Translations under genes and position numbers: made by a program | From: an uncultured Acidimicrobiia bacterium | GTDB lineage: Bacteria; Acidobacteriota; Terriglobia; Versatilivoradales; Versatilivoraceae | Assembly (NCBI GenBank): GCA_963786955.1 | Contig: CAWBAT010000005.1 | Location: 992,001 to 1,056,000 of the forward strand | Reading direction: 5' to 3' | DNA: 64,000 nt | Shown here: positions 33,118 through 44,979 of the stretch, piece after piece | How positions within the stretch are numbered: position 1 is the stretch's first letter | Layout of the letters: the number at the start of each line of letters is the position of its first letter | Notes under the pieces: generated by a model | What the model saw: only the letters and a program-made list of their open reading frames with translations | Told to the model about the DNA's origin: nothing | Databases searched by the model: none

Positions 33118-34224
33118 TCAACGATGAACATAAGCCTCGACGAGTATGTCCACACCTACCGGTTTAATGGAATAGAAACTCAATTCTATCCCATCCACCA
33201 AATTGATGAACCCCGGTTCTCCCACGAAGGGTAGGGGGGGGACCCCTCCAAGGATTCTCGGCGCAACGAAACAATACAATTTATCCACAGCCCGCTGTTG
33301 AAAAGCCGAAAAATTAACCGTCGGTCCCGCTTCGATGAGGAGGCTCGTCATTTCCCGTCGTCCCAGTTCTTCCAGAATGCTGTCAAAGGAAAGCCGATCT
33401 TTTTCTCTTGGAACGACAATGACTTCAACGCCTTCTTCTTCGAGCTGGTTCTGACGAGAAGGATCCCGTTCAGGCGAACAAAAAACCATTATACCACCTT
33501 CCTTCCGGCTCTGGACAAGTCGACTGGCCAAGGGTAATTGCAGCTGAGAATCCAGGACGCAACGCAAAAGCGGCCGGCGGCGGGCTTGCCCCGTGCGGTC
33601 GGTCAGAAGAGGATCATCTTTCAGAATCGTCCCAATGCCCGTCAATAGTGCATCACTCTCGAATCTGAGTTGCTGTGCCCTCTCGCGGGATCGTTCACTT
33701 GAAATCCACTGGGAATGGCCGTCTGACTGAGCAATTTTCCCGTCCAGCGTCATGGCCGTCTTGAGGACCACCCATGGCCTCCGAACTCGAATATACTTGG
33801 AGTATGCTTCATTGAGCTGAAAAGCCTCTTCCTTTCCGATGCCCACGGTCAAATCGATCCCGGCTTCTTTTAACTTTCGGAAGCCCTCCCCAGAAACCAG
33901 CGGGTTCGGATCTTCCATCGCAGCAACGACCTGAACAATTCCAGATTCGATGACACGCGAAACACAGGGAGGGGTACGCCCGAAATGAGCGCAGGGCTCG
34001 AGATTAACGTAAAGAGTGGCGCCTCTGGCCTTCTCACCGGCCGCCTCGATAGCCCAGACTTCTGCATGCGTCTTCTCTGCAAAACGGTGGAAGCCCTCCG
34101 CGATGACCTGTCCTTCCTTTACGAGGAGGGCCCCGACCAGGGGGTTAGGACTGACGAGCCCTCGTCCCTGTCGTGCGAGATCCAGCGCACGGGCCATGAA
34201 GAAATTATCTTTCTGACCGGTCAT
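33118..34224 (-). CDS. ribD: Riboflavin biosynthesis deaminase/reductase
   Basis: SPNPLVGA, HAE, LEPCAHFGRTPPC, TLDGKIA, SQWIS, DDPLLT. Confidence 0.95.
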   Translation of the reverse strand: MTGQKDNFFMARALDLARQGRGLVSPNPLVGALLVKEGQVIAEGFHRFAEKTHAEVWAIEAAGEKARGATLYVNLEPCAHFGRTPPCVSRVIESGIVQVVAAMEDPNPLVSGEGFRKLKEAGIDLTVGIGKEEAFQLNEAYSKYIRVRRPWVVLKTAMTLDGKIAQSDGHSQWISSERSRERAQQLRFESDALLTGIGTILKDDPLLTDRTGQARRRPLLRCVLDSQLQLPLASRLVQSRKEGGIMVFCSPERDPSRQNQLEEEGVEVIVVPREKDRLSFDSILEELGRREMTSLLIEAGPTVNFSAFQQRAVDKLYCFVAPRILGGVPPLPFVGEPGFINLVDGIELSFYSIKPVGVDILVEAYVHR

Positions 34225-34259
34225 CCGAGTTCCGCGTAGAGGAGCCGATTGGAAACTTT

Positions 34260-35206
34260 TTATTCAAAGAGGGAATTGATAAATTGCTCGGAAGAAAATT
34301 CGATGAGGTCATCGATTTTCTCTCCGATCCCGACATACCGAACCGGGAGGTTCAGATCACGGACGATGGATATGACAACTCCTCCCTTTGCGGTACCGTC
34401 CAGCTTCGTTAAGACAATTCCCGTTACTCCTGCGCTTTTTGTGAATTCCCGGGCTTGCGCCAAACCATTTTGTCCGGTGGTCGCGTCAATCACGAGCAGA
34501 ACCTCATGCGGGAGCGGTCGGAATTTCTCTTCCCGCAATGCGCCGCATCTTTTCCAGTTCTGCCATGAGATTCGCCTTGTTATGCAAGCGGCCCGCGGTA
34601 TCCACGATTAAAATGTCGATCCCGCGAGATTTGGCCGATGCGATGGCATCAAAAAGAACAGCGGAAGGGTCTGCTCCGGGTTTTTGGCGAATGACACTAA
34701 CGCCTGCCCGCGTCTCCCCAGATTTCCAATTGCTCAATTGCGGCAGCACGGAAGGTATCGGAAGCACAAACCAAGACCTTTTTCTCGTCGCGCACACAAA
34801 GGTTGGCCAATTTCCCGATCGTGGTTGTCTTCCCAACTCCATTAACCCCGACAACCATGATCACCCAGGGCCCATTCGCCGTTTGCGCATCGGGAGGCCT
34901 GTGCACTGAGTCTAGCATATTTTCAGCTCACTCTTGATCATCAATTTGAGCTGCGCCGGATCACTTAGTTGACGACGACTGACCTGATTGCGAATCTTGG
35001 CGAGCAACTCATTGGTCGTCTCAATCCGATATCGGACCCAATCAGGATCGGACTCCAGTTCATCGAGGAGGTTCGGCATCGATTTCCTTCTTCCCTTGGA
35101 TGACATCCTCAATGCGGGCAACAAGATTGGATTTGGTTGCGGCAACAGCCGCCTTAAGTTTACTGAAGAATCCTTCTCGGTTTTCCAATTTTTGGAATAA
35201 TTTCAT
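34260..35206 (-). CDS. ftsY: SRP receptor FtsY, multiply frameshifted
   Basis: [60 protein letters not shown]. Confidence 0.92.
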
Positions 35207-35445
35207 TAGGTGCCTCAATCATCAGGTCAGAGGATGATCCTCCGATGAAACGCATCAGGCTTTACGGTCTCTGGCAGTGGGTATGATACCACTTCTTCCG
35301 GTGCGCGTTGAAAATTGAAGTGTCTTAAGTAGGCTGGATCCCCCCTCAATGGGATTCCAAAGCTTCATCCTCTATCTGAGAGGGAAGAGGGCGGCCGTGG
35401 ATTCTGTCCACTTTCCAACAACTAGAAGTTTCGCCAGGCTTGGTT

Positions 35446-37209
35446 TCAAACGGCAATAGCTTCTGGAGCAGGATGTGCAAGTTTAACCACCAGATGCCCT
35501 CGCTCGATGGCTTCGTTGAAGGCACCGACAACTGCAGGATCGTACTTGACACCTGCATTCATGGTGATTTTCTCGCGGGCATACTCAAAACTGAGGGCCT
35601 TTTGATAAGGACGATTCGTAGTCATTGCATCCAAGGTATCGGCAACGGAAATAATCCGCGCAATGAGTGGAATTTCATCGGATCGCAAACGATCCGGATA
35701 ACCATTGCCGTCCCATTGTTCATGATGGAAGCGCAGTCCAGGCAACATGTTGCGCATTTGCTCAATGGGTTTCATGATGTTGTAACCTTTGACGGTATGC
35801 AACTTCATGATCTCAAATTCTTCCGGCGTCAAGAGGCCCGGTTTCTTCAGTACTTTGTCATCGACACCAATTTTACCGACATCGTGGAGCAGGGCCGCAA
35901 TTCGGATGGTTTCCAAAGCCATTTCGTCTAACCCTAGCTGACGTGCGATAATCACCGAATATTCAGTGACTCGTTCGGAATGACCCCTTGTATACGGATC
36001 TTTTTCATCGACGGCGGCAGCCAGGGCCCGAATGGAGCCTAGGAAAAGGGCTTTGTTTTCTTCACCGGCCCGCCGGATCTGCTGAATGTAGAGTTCAAGA
36101 TCGCCGGTCATTTTGTTGAATGTTTCCGCTAGTTCGCCTATTTCATTCCGGCTTTTGATCTGGATTTTCTTGGAGAAGTCTCCTTTGGCGATCGAGTGAC
36201 TCCCTTCCACTAATTGGCTAATGGGATCCGTGATAGATCGTGCACTGTAGATTCCGACACCGGCTGAAAGCAATAACATCAGGATGCCCCATTTGATGGT
36301 CTCGGCTTTCATCTCCGCTACGGTGGCAAAGGCCGCCTTTTGATCGATCTGGACGATGACACCCCAAGGAGCTTCAGCAATCCCAAAATAAGTGCCCAGC
36401 ATTTCCTTTTGATTTCCATCCTCAACGAGCTTGAAGGGCCGAGTCTCCTGCAAGCGCAACATTCCTTTGGACAGCCGCCACTCCTCCATGAAGGCGGAAA
36501 CAATTTCGATTCGACTGAAATCCATTCCAGCAGGGTTCATCTTTTGATCCGGATGGACCACAATCTTTCCGTTGAAATCGACTACATAAGCTTTCTTGCT
36601 GGCCACACTACTGTCGGTCACCCAGCGGAGAATATCATCCAAAGCAAGGATGACGGTCGTGGCTCCTACCCAATGCCGGGAATCCGATTTGATCGGTCTC
36701 GACATGATGATGACAGGGCGGCTTTGATTCCCAACCTCCACGGTCAGGGGCTCACTCACATAAGTCTGGTCCTGGCTAGCATGCTGAAAGGCTTTAGTCA
36801 GATAGTGCTGGGTCATTTCGTCTTCATCCCCATTGTAGACTCCAGCTCGAACCCCTTTCCCTCTCTCATTCACAATATTGATATAGAGAAGATTTTTATC
36901 GCGAGTGACGAAGTCTTCGAGTTTTTTCTGCAAGGCGGGATTGGCGTTCAATTGTGCCATTTGGGAGGAACCCCCGCTGAGCTCCAAAGCGCTGGCAACA
37001 AACCCGTCGATTTGTTTGCGTGCGCTACTGAGGTAGAGGGAAATCAAGCGGGAAAGCGATTGAGCAATACTGATTTGCGAGAATCGTTCTTGGGTCTGAA
37101 GTTTTTCCCGATTGAGCCGAATCAACTGGTAGCCATAAAACCCGAGGGGACAAACACTCACCAGCATGAGCACCAGCATTACATGATGAAGAATCTTAGT
37201 CCGTTTCAT
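35446..37209 (-). CDS. Membrane-bound dCache-HAMP-HD-GYP phosphodiesterase
   Basis: Two TM segments, HAMP (NEIGELAETFNKM), DPYTRGHSERV, LHDVGKIG, HHEQWDGNGYP, RPY. Confidence 0.92.
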   Translation of the reverse strand: MKRTKILHHVMLVLMLVSVCPLGFYGYQLIRLNREKLQTQERFSQISIAQSLSRLISLYLSSARKQIDGFVASALELSGGSSQMAQLNANPALQKKLEDFVTRDKNLLYINIVNERGKGVRAGVYNGDEDEMTQHYLTKAFQHASQDQTYVSEPLTVEVGNQSRPVIIMSRPIKSDSRHWVGATTVILALDDILRWVTDSSVASKKAYVVDFNGKIVVHPDQKMNPAGMDFSRIEIVSAFMEEWRLSKGMLRLQETRPFKLVEDGNQKEMLGTYFGIAEAPWGVIVQIDQKAAFATVAEMKAETIKWGILMLLLSAGVGIYSARSITDPISQLVEGSHSIAKGDFSKKIQIKSRNEIGELAETFNKMTGDLELYIQQIRRAGEENKALFLGSIRALAAAVDEKDPYTRGHSERVTEYSVIIARQLGLDEMALETIRIAALLHDVGKIGVDDKVLKKPGLLTPEEFEIMKLHTVKGYNIMKPIEQMRNMLPGLRFHHEQWDGNGYPDRLRSDEIPLIARIISVADTLDAMTTNRPYQKALSFEYAREKITMNAGVKYDPAVVGAFNEAIERGHLVVKLAHPAPEAIAV

Positions 37210-37531
37210 GAAGACATCTCACCCATGAAGAGGTGATTGCGAACGCCACTTTGGATCAGCCGACCGGTTGGTGATACCAATACGGCTTGTCTCCTTTCCG
37301 ACGCACTTCGGCAACAACGTTCGAGTACACAATCACACGTCCTTTATCGACAAGCCGCGTTTTATGAATTTAAGGAATTCGGGGTGAAGCAGGAATGAAG
37401 CTTCTTTGCCAGATTATGGCAGAGTTGGCCCTGAACCAATCTTCCATTTCGCAGGATCAAACGCAATTTTCCATAGTAAAGAATCCTCAGATTGTGGGAA
37501 GAATTCTCTTCAATCCGATCCGGATCTCCCA

Positions 37532-38085
37532 TCATTTGAAGAATCTCATTGAGCCCTGAGCCTTGCTGGACGACTTGGGGAGGCAGCTTTGGAGGGCCCC
37601 TGCCGGTTTCATCAAAGAGGAGGGGACCGGTGAACTCTCTGGGGCTGAGGTGGGCAAATGTAACGGGGGTGAAGAAGCCGGCTGATCATGTTGAGAAGAG
37701 AAGAAGAGGTAGATGACAGCCTCCCATGAAACCAGAGACTGCTTCCCAGAGATCAGGCCCAAGAGGATCCCGGCAACAATCACCAATGCCCATTGTTTAC
37801 TGGACCAAGCCAAGCCCCATCTAGGAATAAACTGTATCCCATGGCGGGAGGTCTGTTTTCGAGAGCGGGCCGGACTTCATAGTTCGGCATCGTATCTGGC
37901 TCGGCGCTCGGGATCGGTTAGGGTGTCACGAATGAGGTTCAATACCTTCATCCGATCCTCGGACGCTGCTGCCTGATCGTGATGGAAATCGGGATGAGCT
38001 TTATGGGCGAGCTGGCGGTAGGCCTGTTCGATCTCTTCAACGGTGGCCTTTGGCGCAACGTTAAGCGCCTGTCGTAGAAATTCAT
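37532..38085 (-). CDS. J-domain (DnaJ-type) membrane protein; frameshift near 38070 and in-frame TGA at 37877-37879
   Basis: MNFY.ALNVAPKATVEEIEQAYRQLAHKAHPDF...MKVLNLIRDTLTDPERRARYDAEL, then a TM segment (WALVIVAGILLGLI) in the same frame. Confidence 0.65.
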
Positions 38086-38289
38086 AGTGGGTTATTCTGG
38101 ATCCCCTTGAAGGGGGGGAATCGGAACGGCTTACTTGTACACTTTGATCGGGATCCCTTGGAAATCATTCCGACTCGGTTACCCCTTGTCTATTTGACAA
38201 TATCGTCAGATCCCAATAAAGGGTTTAGTGCATACACCCTAAATTGTCTTGATCACTCTTGATCCGTTCACAGGCTCAATGGGTTCACC

Positions 38290-39447
38290 TCAATAACCTA
38301 ACGCTTGCCCAAAATCCTCTAAAATATCTTCCGTTGCTTCAATCCCAATGGAAAGGCGAATCAAACTATCAGTTATTCCGATATTCTTTCGATCAGCAGG
38401 CGAAAGACCTGCATGCGAAGTATTGGCAGGACGTATCGCGAGGGTCTCCACACCGCCTAGACTGGGCGCAATGGTCGGCAATTGAACTTTTTTGAGAAAC
38501 TGTTCGGCATGCTTGAACTCCTCCCTTGGGTTCAAAGCTGAGGACTCCGCCAAAGCCTTGGAATAATTCTCGCGCCCGGGCATGACGGAAATGGGTTTCC
38601 AAACCCGGGTAGTTTACTTTTGCAACTGCCGGATGTGATTCGAGCATTCTTGCTACCGTATCGCGCTCTGATTCTGAAAACCGACTCGCAATGCCAATGT
38701 TTTGAGTCCACGATGCAATAAGAATGCCGCATGAGGATCTAAGGTCCCGCCGAAATGGTTGAGGCGGTGCTTGATTTTCTCGACAAGGTCTCTTTCCCGA
38801 GCACAGCACCACACACGATATCGTTATGCCCATTGAGATATTTTGTTCCACTATGTAAAGAGATATCAAAGCCCCAATCCAGGGGTCGAAAATTCACAGG
38901 GCTGGCAAAAGTATTGTCGATGACTGAATATAACCCATGGTTTTTGGCGAATCCGGGGACCGCCTTTAAGTCCGCTACCTGCAGCAGTGGATTTGTCATG
39001 GACTCGACATAAATCATCTTGGTATTGGGTTTCAAGTGCCGTTTCCAGCTGTCTGGCGTCATCCGCATCGATAAAGGTGTGTTCCAATCCAAATGACGCG
39101 AAGTCGCGGTTGACAAAATCGTGGGTCCCACCATAGAGACAATCTTGAATCAAAAGGTGGCTCCCGGCCGGGAGCAGTGTTAATAAGGTGGTCGAAATGG
39201 CTGCCATCCCGCTTCCAGTGACTAACGCGGCTTCCGCATTCTCCAATGCCGAAAGCTTCGTATGCAGGGCCACGTGGTTCGGAGTATTGTTGAGACGAAT
39301 ATATTTCAGATCGTTGTAGCTTTTTTCCCCGGCATACTCAAACATGGCTGACTGAAAAATGGGAATGGCTACAGCCCCTTCAATTCTCGGATCGGGCTCA
39401 CCGGAGTGAATGAGTTTGGTTTCCAGATGCTTGTATTCCTTCGACAT
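38290..39447 (-). CDS. Cys/Met metabolism PLP-dependent enzyme (cystathionine gamma-synthase/lyase family), frameshifted
   Basis: PIFQSAMF, YIRLNNTPN, SGMAAIS, YGGT, ESMTNPLL, IDNTFASP, HSGTKYLNGHND, SLGGVETL, LIRLSIGIE. Confidence 0.9.
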
Positions 39448-39600
39448 AAATCGAGGCTCCTGTCCAAATTTTGCTTGGGGAGTTCTCAGCCAGAATCCCA
39501 CGATGGCAACTTTCGATAGTTTACCGCTTTTACCAATGCGTTCACACTAGGAATCCTGCAAGATATTTGGTGAAGGGCAACTTCTTATTACAAAGTTCCT

Positions 39601-42271
39601 ATGAGTTCGCAAACCCAGCGCACCACACTTCTCACCTTTCTGGACGACTTTCATCAACGCGGTGACGCCGTTGCTTTTGTCGGGCAAAGGGGATTGAGAA
39701 CAGAACGTTGGTCGTATCGGAAGGTCGCCGAAACGGCTTCTATGATCGCTGTTGAGCTCGAACAACGGGGGCTGGTCCATGGGGATCGGGTTCTCGTGTG
39801 GTCTGAGAATTCTCCAGCGTGGGTTGCTGTCTTCTTCGGCTGCATGTTTCAAGGGATCGTGATCGTGCCATTAGACAGGCAAAGCCCAGACAGCTTTATG
39901 CAGCGGGTTCAAGACCAGGCCAAGGGAAAATTACTCATAGTAGGGGGCGGAGTGGACCCCGGCAAGTGTCTCCCTTTTCATTCCCACGGTGAAACTGGAT
40001 GAGCTTGTTGCCCGCTCACTTCGACATCCTCCCACCAAGAGGATGCCTTCCCGATTACCCAGTGACCTGATTGAAATTGTGTTCACATCGGGGACGACTT
40101 CTGAACCACGCGGCGTCTGCCTGACACACATGAATCTCCTTTCTAACCTGCTTCCTTTAGAAAAAGAGATCCGGCGCTATCAATGGCAGGAACGTTTGTT
40201 TCATCCTGTTCGCTTTCTCAATTTGGTGCCCTTGAGTCATGTCTTCGGACAATTGATGGGCATGCTGGTCCCGCAACTGCTCGGAGGGGAGGTTTGGTTC
40301 CTCAACTCCTTCAAGCCTGCAGAGGTCCTTGAAGTGGTTAGGGACAGAAGAATTTCAGTTTTGATCACCGTTCCACGATTCCTCGACACTTTGAAGGAAA
40401 CGGTCGAAAAAAAATTTGACGGGCGGCGGGAAACTCTCTTTCGGCTCAGGTCCACTTCTACTGGGTTTCTGAAAAACATCTGGCAAGGCCGAGCCGTTCA
40501 TCATCTATTGGGTTGGAAATTCTGGGCATTTGTATCAGGCGGGGCAACCCTGAATCCAGCGACCGGAGCTTTTTGGAGACAACTGGGGTTTGCCGTTGTC
40601 CAAGGATACGGGATGACGGAAACAGCGGCACTCGTTAGCGTGGTTCATCCTTTCAAACCAAGACAAGGATCCATTGGGAAAGTGCTCCCGGGCCATGAAG
40701 TCATGCTGAGTCCGGGAGGTGAGATTTTAGTGAGGGGTAATAGTGTTACTCCGGGATTATGGGACCCGGCCGGCACGGAAGCTAAGGTGACGGACGAGCA
40801 AGGTTGGCTTCATACCGGGGACCTCGCGCAAAAGGATTCAGAGGGCAACTTGTTTTTTAAGGGACGACAAAAAGAAGTCATCGTGACCTCGGCCGGATTG
40901 AATATCTATCCGGAAGATCTGGAACTCGCGCTGAATCAACAACCCGAAATTCTCGCCTGCGCCGTTATCGGAGTAGAGGGAAAGCGTGGCCCAGACCCTC
41001 TCGCCGTCCTTCTCCCGAGGAAAGGCAGTGATCCTCAACTTGCCGTCGAGCGTGCCAATCGAATACTGGCAAACCATCAACAAATCTTACATTGGACCGT
41101 CTGGCCGGAAAGAGATTTCCCACGTACTCCCAACCAGAAAATTCGTAAAGGGGATCTGCTTTCACGGCTGAAACTATCTTCCGAAGAATACGCTCCTATC
41201 CGCTTTGTCGAAAGCCAAGACCGGGAGCTACATGTGATCCAAAGGCTCATCGCGCAAGTCGTTGGGAAAGAACCACCCCTTGTTGGCAGAGATTCTCACC
41301 TCACTAAGGATCTTAAGTTAGATTCAATCGGGAAAATCACACTGCTGAGTGCTCTCGAAGAAGAGTACCGCACGGATATCGATGAAAATGAATTTTCTGC
41401 GGCGGACACGATCGGAGACATCGAGGATCTCGTCCTGGAACAGGCGCAACACGGAAAAGTGCAGAAGGAAATCCATTTCGGAACCACTGCCGAACCCTTC
41501 GAGCCAGACTGTCAACAGGATGTTGCCCTGCCTCGCACCGCTGCGGGAGGCCCGCCCTATCCACTGCCCCTCTGGTCTCTACGATTTCCTTTCACCTGGC
41601 TGCGGCGTTGTTTCATCCAACTGTTTCTCATTCCTTTGGCCCGGCTGCTCCTATGCCCCATCGTCTATGGTTCGGACCAGCTAAAGGAACTCTCCCCTCC
41701 AATTCTTCTCGTGGCTAATCACGTGACTTTCCTGGACCCGGTATTAGTGCTATTCGCCTTACCGCAAAAGTTTAGAAAGGGCCTGGCGATCGCCATGGAC
41801 GGTGAGAAGCTTCGTCATTGGAGGTACTCTGAATCAAACCCTTGGATCATGCGCATTTTTTATCGGCTCACTTATTTCTTAGTGGCTTCATTGTTTAACG
41901 TTTTTTCACTTCCTCAGCGAAGCGGTTTTAGGCGAAGTTTTGAGTATGCCGGAAAAGCCATGGATCTAGGATATAACGTGCTCGTCTTCCCGGAGGGTGC
42001 CCGCACTAAAGACGGCCAGATGGCACCTTTTCGAGGCGGAATCGGCCTCCTTGCATCAGGATTGAACGCAACGATCGTGCCGCTAAAATTGGAAGGCTTG
42101 TTCGAAGTCAAACAGAGATTTCTAACAAGAAAAATGAGAATTCCGCATGCCCGCGCTGGTGAAATATCGATTTGCTTCGGAAAACCTATTCATCCAGATT
42201 CATTGGGGGAACTCAAGGAAATCACCCGATTTCTGGAAAGCGCTGTTGTTAATTCATCCGACCGAACATGA
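39601..42271 (+). CDS. Acyl-CoA/ACP synthetase - carrier protein - lysophospholipid acyltransferase fusion; frameshift near 39970
   Basis: FTSGTTSEPRG, QGYGMTE, WLHTGD, carrier motif LKLDSI, acyltransferase ANHVTFLD and FPEGART. Confidence 0.88.
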
Positions 42272-42722
42272 TAGACCCTGCCTGTCGTAATAATCAGCAG
42301 AATAACCTCAGGTCCCTGAATTCCCGAGCCATAAACCTTTTCGACCTTGGCGGGTGAGATCCATTTGGAAGGTGGCCCCTGAAGAATGACAGGGTCAGAT
42401 TCTCCCACCCTCGTGAATCATTTGCTCCAGGCTTGAAAGAGTTCCATATCCTTTCGTTTCAAGCACTCCATATTTATAGAAAAAATGTGAAACTATAAAG
42501 ACATCTCAAGTTTTTGACGATCAGTTTATCTTAAAAAACTTAATGTTTAGGAATATCTAAGCTACACATTGAAAAGTTAGGTCATAGTTGCTAAGTTATT
42601 CGGCAGACCCAGAATAAATTGAACAATGTTATATTTATTTTTGTCATTTTTATCTTGCTGGAACACAGAGATTTCATATATTATACGAAAGTCTTGACTG
42701 TTATGTACGGAAGGCAGAAAAA

Positions 42723-44447
42723 ATGATTCTAAAAACTATGGATGGGGGCCAGGCCCTAGTTCGATGTTTGGAAAATGAAGGCGTTGAATACATATTTGGA
42801 CTATCCGGCGGAGCCGCCATCCCAATATTTGACGCTTTGGTCACAACCAAAACCAAGATCAAGCTGATATTGGTTCGGCATGAGCAAGGTGCCGCTTTCA
42901 TGGCTGACGGTTATGCAAGGGCGACAGGCAAGCCGGGAGTCGTGCTCGTGACGAGTGGCCCGGGCGCTACCAATACTTTGACTGGCATCATGACTGCGCA
43001 TATGGATTCGGTTCCAATGATCGTGATTACGGGGCAAACGGTTACTTCCATGCTTGGCAAGGACGCCTTCCAAGAAGCCGACGTCTTCGGGATTACCATG
43101 CCGGTCGTCAAACATAGCTATCTGGTCAAAAACGCCAATGACATCCCGCGAATCATGCGAGAAGCCTTTCATATCACCAATACGGGACGACCTGGACCAG
43201 TGCTCATCGACATACCTAAAGACATCAGCCAGGGACCCTTCGGCGGTGACCTCCATGCTGAAATGGACTTGCCTGGTTATCGGATTGACAGTTCCTTCGA
43301 CCAGTCCAAAGTCCTGGATATTGCAGAAGCTCTGAATCGGTCCAAGAAGCCGGTCATCCTCGCCGGTCATGGCGCTATTATTTCCGATGCTTCCGAAGCT
43401 CTCCGCAAGCTGGCAGAAAAAATAAATGCCCCGGTGACCTCTACCCTTCTGGGTAAAGGAGCATTCCCTGAATCCCACCGTTTGTCACTGGGCATGCTTG
43501 GCATGCATGGGACAGCCTATGCCAACAAAGCTCTGGTTGAATGCGACCTGATCATGTCGATCGGTTCCCGTTATGACGATCGTATTGTTGGACAGCCTCT
43601 TCGTTTTTGCCGTAACGCGGTGCGTATCCACATCGACATTGATCGAGCAGAGATTGGAAAGATGATCAAGTGCCAGCACTGGTGTGTCGGTGACGCCCGA
43701 ATGATTGTCGAAGAACTGACCAAGCATGTGACCCGCCTCGACACGCAAGAGTGGCTCAAACATCTAGACGGGTACAAGAAAAAGTTCCCCCTCAAGTACA
43801 AGAAGCAAGGCGGCTTGAAAATGCAGCATGTGTTGGACGAACTGGACAAGCTGAGTGGGGGAAAAGCCGTTATTTCTACCGACGTTGGACAGCACCAGAT
43901 GTGGGCCGCTCAGTTTTGCAAATCCGAGGCCCCTTTCAACTGGTTGAGTTCCGGCGGGGCCGGTTCGATGGGTTATGGCTTTCCGGCCGCCATAGGAGCC
44001 AAATTCGGCCGTCCCAAAGATCTGGTGGTGGCCATTGTCGGAGACGGTGGGTTTCAAATGACCATGTGCGAACTAGCAACGGCTTGTGTGCACAAAGTCC
44101 CTGTCAAAGTCCTGGTCATGAACAACCACTATTTAGGAATGGTGCGGCAATGGCAGGAATTGTTCTATGGGGACCGCAAGAGCGGAGTCGATCTCGAGGG
44201 AAACCCCGATTTTGCCAAGCTGGCGGATTGCTACCCTGGCGCAAAGGGATTTACTCTGAAACGTCCGGCCGATGTCCGCAAAATCCTCACGCGCGCGTTG
44301 GAATACGATGACGGCCCCTGCGTCATCAATGCAGAATGCGTGAAGACGGATAATGTCTATCCGATGATTCCAGCCGGGAAAGCCTTGGAAGACATGTTGA
44401 CCGAAGAACCCAAGGGCCCGATGGAAAAGCCCACTGGATCGACTTAG
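42723..44447 (+). CDS. ilvB: Acetolactate synthase large subunit
   Basis: VRHEQGA, TSGPGATN, DAFQE, GMLGMHG, TDVGQHQMW, GDGGFQM, GMVRQWQ. Confidence 0.96.
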   Translation: MILKTMDGGQALVRCLENEGVEYIFGLSGGAAIPIFDALVTTKTKIKLILVRHEQGAAFMADGYARATGKPGVVLVTSGPGATNTLTGIMTAHMDSVPMIVITGQTVTSMLGKDAFQEADVFGITMPVVKHSYLVKNANDIPRIMREAFHITNTGRPGPVLIDIPKDISQGPFGGDLHAEMDLPGYRIDSSFDQSKVLDIAEALNRSKKPVILAGHGAIISDASEALRKLAEKINAPVTSTLLGKGAFPESHRLSLGMLGMHGTAYANKALVECDLIMSIGSRYDDRIVGQPLRFCRNAVRIHIDIDRAEIGKMIKCQHWCVGDARMIVEELTKHVTRLDTQEWLKHLDGYKKKFPLKYKKQGGLKMQHVLDELDKLSGGKAVISTDVGQHQMWAAQFCKSEAPFNWLSSGGAGSMGYGFPAAIGAKFGRPKDLVVAIVGDGGFQMTMCELATACVHKVPVKVLVMNNHYLGMVRQWQELFYGDRKSGVDLEGNPDFAKLADCYPGAKGFTLKRPADVRKILTRALEYDDGPCVINAECVKTDNVYPMIPAGKALEDMLTEEPKGPMEKPTGST

Positions 44448-44466
44448 GAGACGGAGGAACCCCAAT

Positions 44467-44979
44467 ATGGAAAATCTCTTGATCAGCCGTGATGACACTC
44501 ACACCTTGAGTGTATATGTGTCCAACAAGCCAGGCGTCTTGGCCCGAATCGCCCAGGTTTTCGCCCGGAGAGGTTACAACATCGACTCACTAGTGGTTTC
44601 GCCCTCGGTCGAAGGCAAATTCTCACGTATGACCATTACCGCCATAGGAAATCCCGAGGGCCTGGATCAAATCATTGCTCAGGTCAACAAACTCGTTGAT
44701 GTGATCCATTGTGTCGACCATACGGGCGAAAATGCCGTGGAGAGGGAACTGGCACTGATCAAGATCGGCTTGAATGCGGGCGAACGGGCTGAAGCCTTGC
44801 AGGTAGCCGAGCACTTCAAGTGCAAGACTGTAGATTTGACAGAAACTTCAGTAATTTTGATGGCCACTGGAGACACCGATAAAGTCGATGCCCTGGTGAA
44901 AATGATGGGAAATTACCGGATCATCGAACTCGTCCGGACCGGCAAAGTGGTGATGTCACGTGGAAATATTGAAACTTAA
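44467..44979 (+). CDS. ilvN: Acetolactate synthase small subunit
   Basis: NKPGVLARI...RRGYNIDSL, ERELALIK, IIELVRTG. Confidence 0.95.
   Translation: MENLLISRDDTHTLSVYVSNKPGVLARIAQVFARRGYNIDSLVVSPSVEGKFSRMTITAIGNPEGLDQIIAQVNKLVDVIHCVDHTGENAVERELALIKIGLNAGERAEALQVAEHFKCKTVDLTETSVILMATGDTDKVDALVKMMGNYRIIELVRTGKVVMSRGNIET

Noticed and set aside
32203-34260. FMN riboswitch for the rib genes
   Set aside because: ribD starts 35 bp after ftsY and no RFN consensus is visible in any rib intergenic gap.
34260-35206. ftsY and other split genes as pseudogenes or programmed frameshifts
   Set aside because: Essential gene with intact motifs; window-wide indel density points to sequencing error.
36340-37236. 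Long antisense ORFs (298 aa here; also 1291..1920, 27802..28455, 42801..43478)
   Set aside because: They are shadows of well-supported genes on the opposite strand with no recognisable motifs.
37210-37530. c-di-GMP riboswitch or sigma28 promoter upstream of the HD-GYP gene
   Set aside because: Only a 9-bp IR (CGGCTTGTC/GACAAGCCG) and a GTCGATAA box with non-canonical spacing; the riboswitch consensus is absent.
42626-42697. Leu-rich mini-ORF MLYLFLSFLSCWNTEISYIIRKS upstream of ilvB as an attenuator leader
   Set aside because: The region is very AT-rich, so TTA/TTG codons are expected by chance, and no terminator/antiterminator hairpins are visible before the ilvB start.
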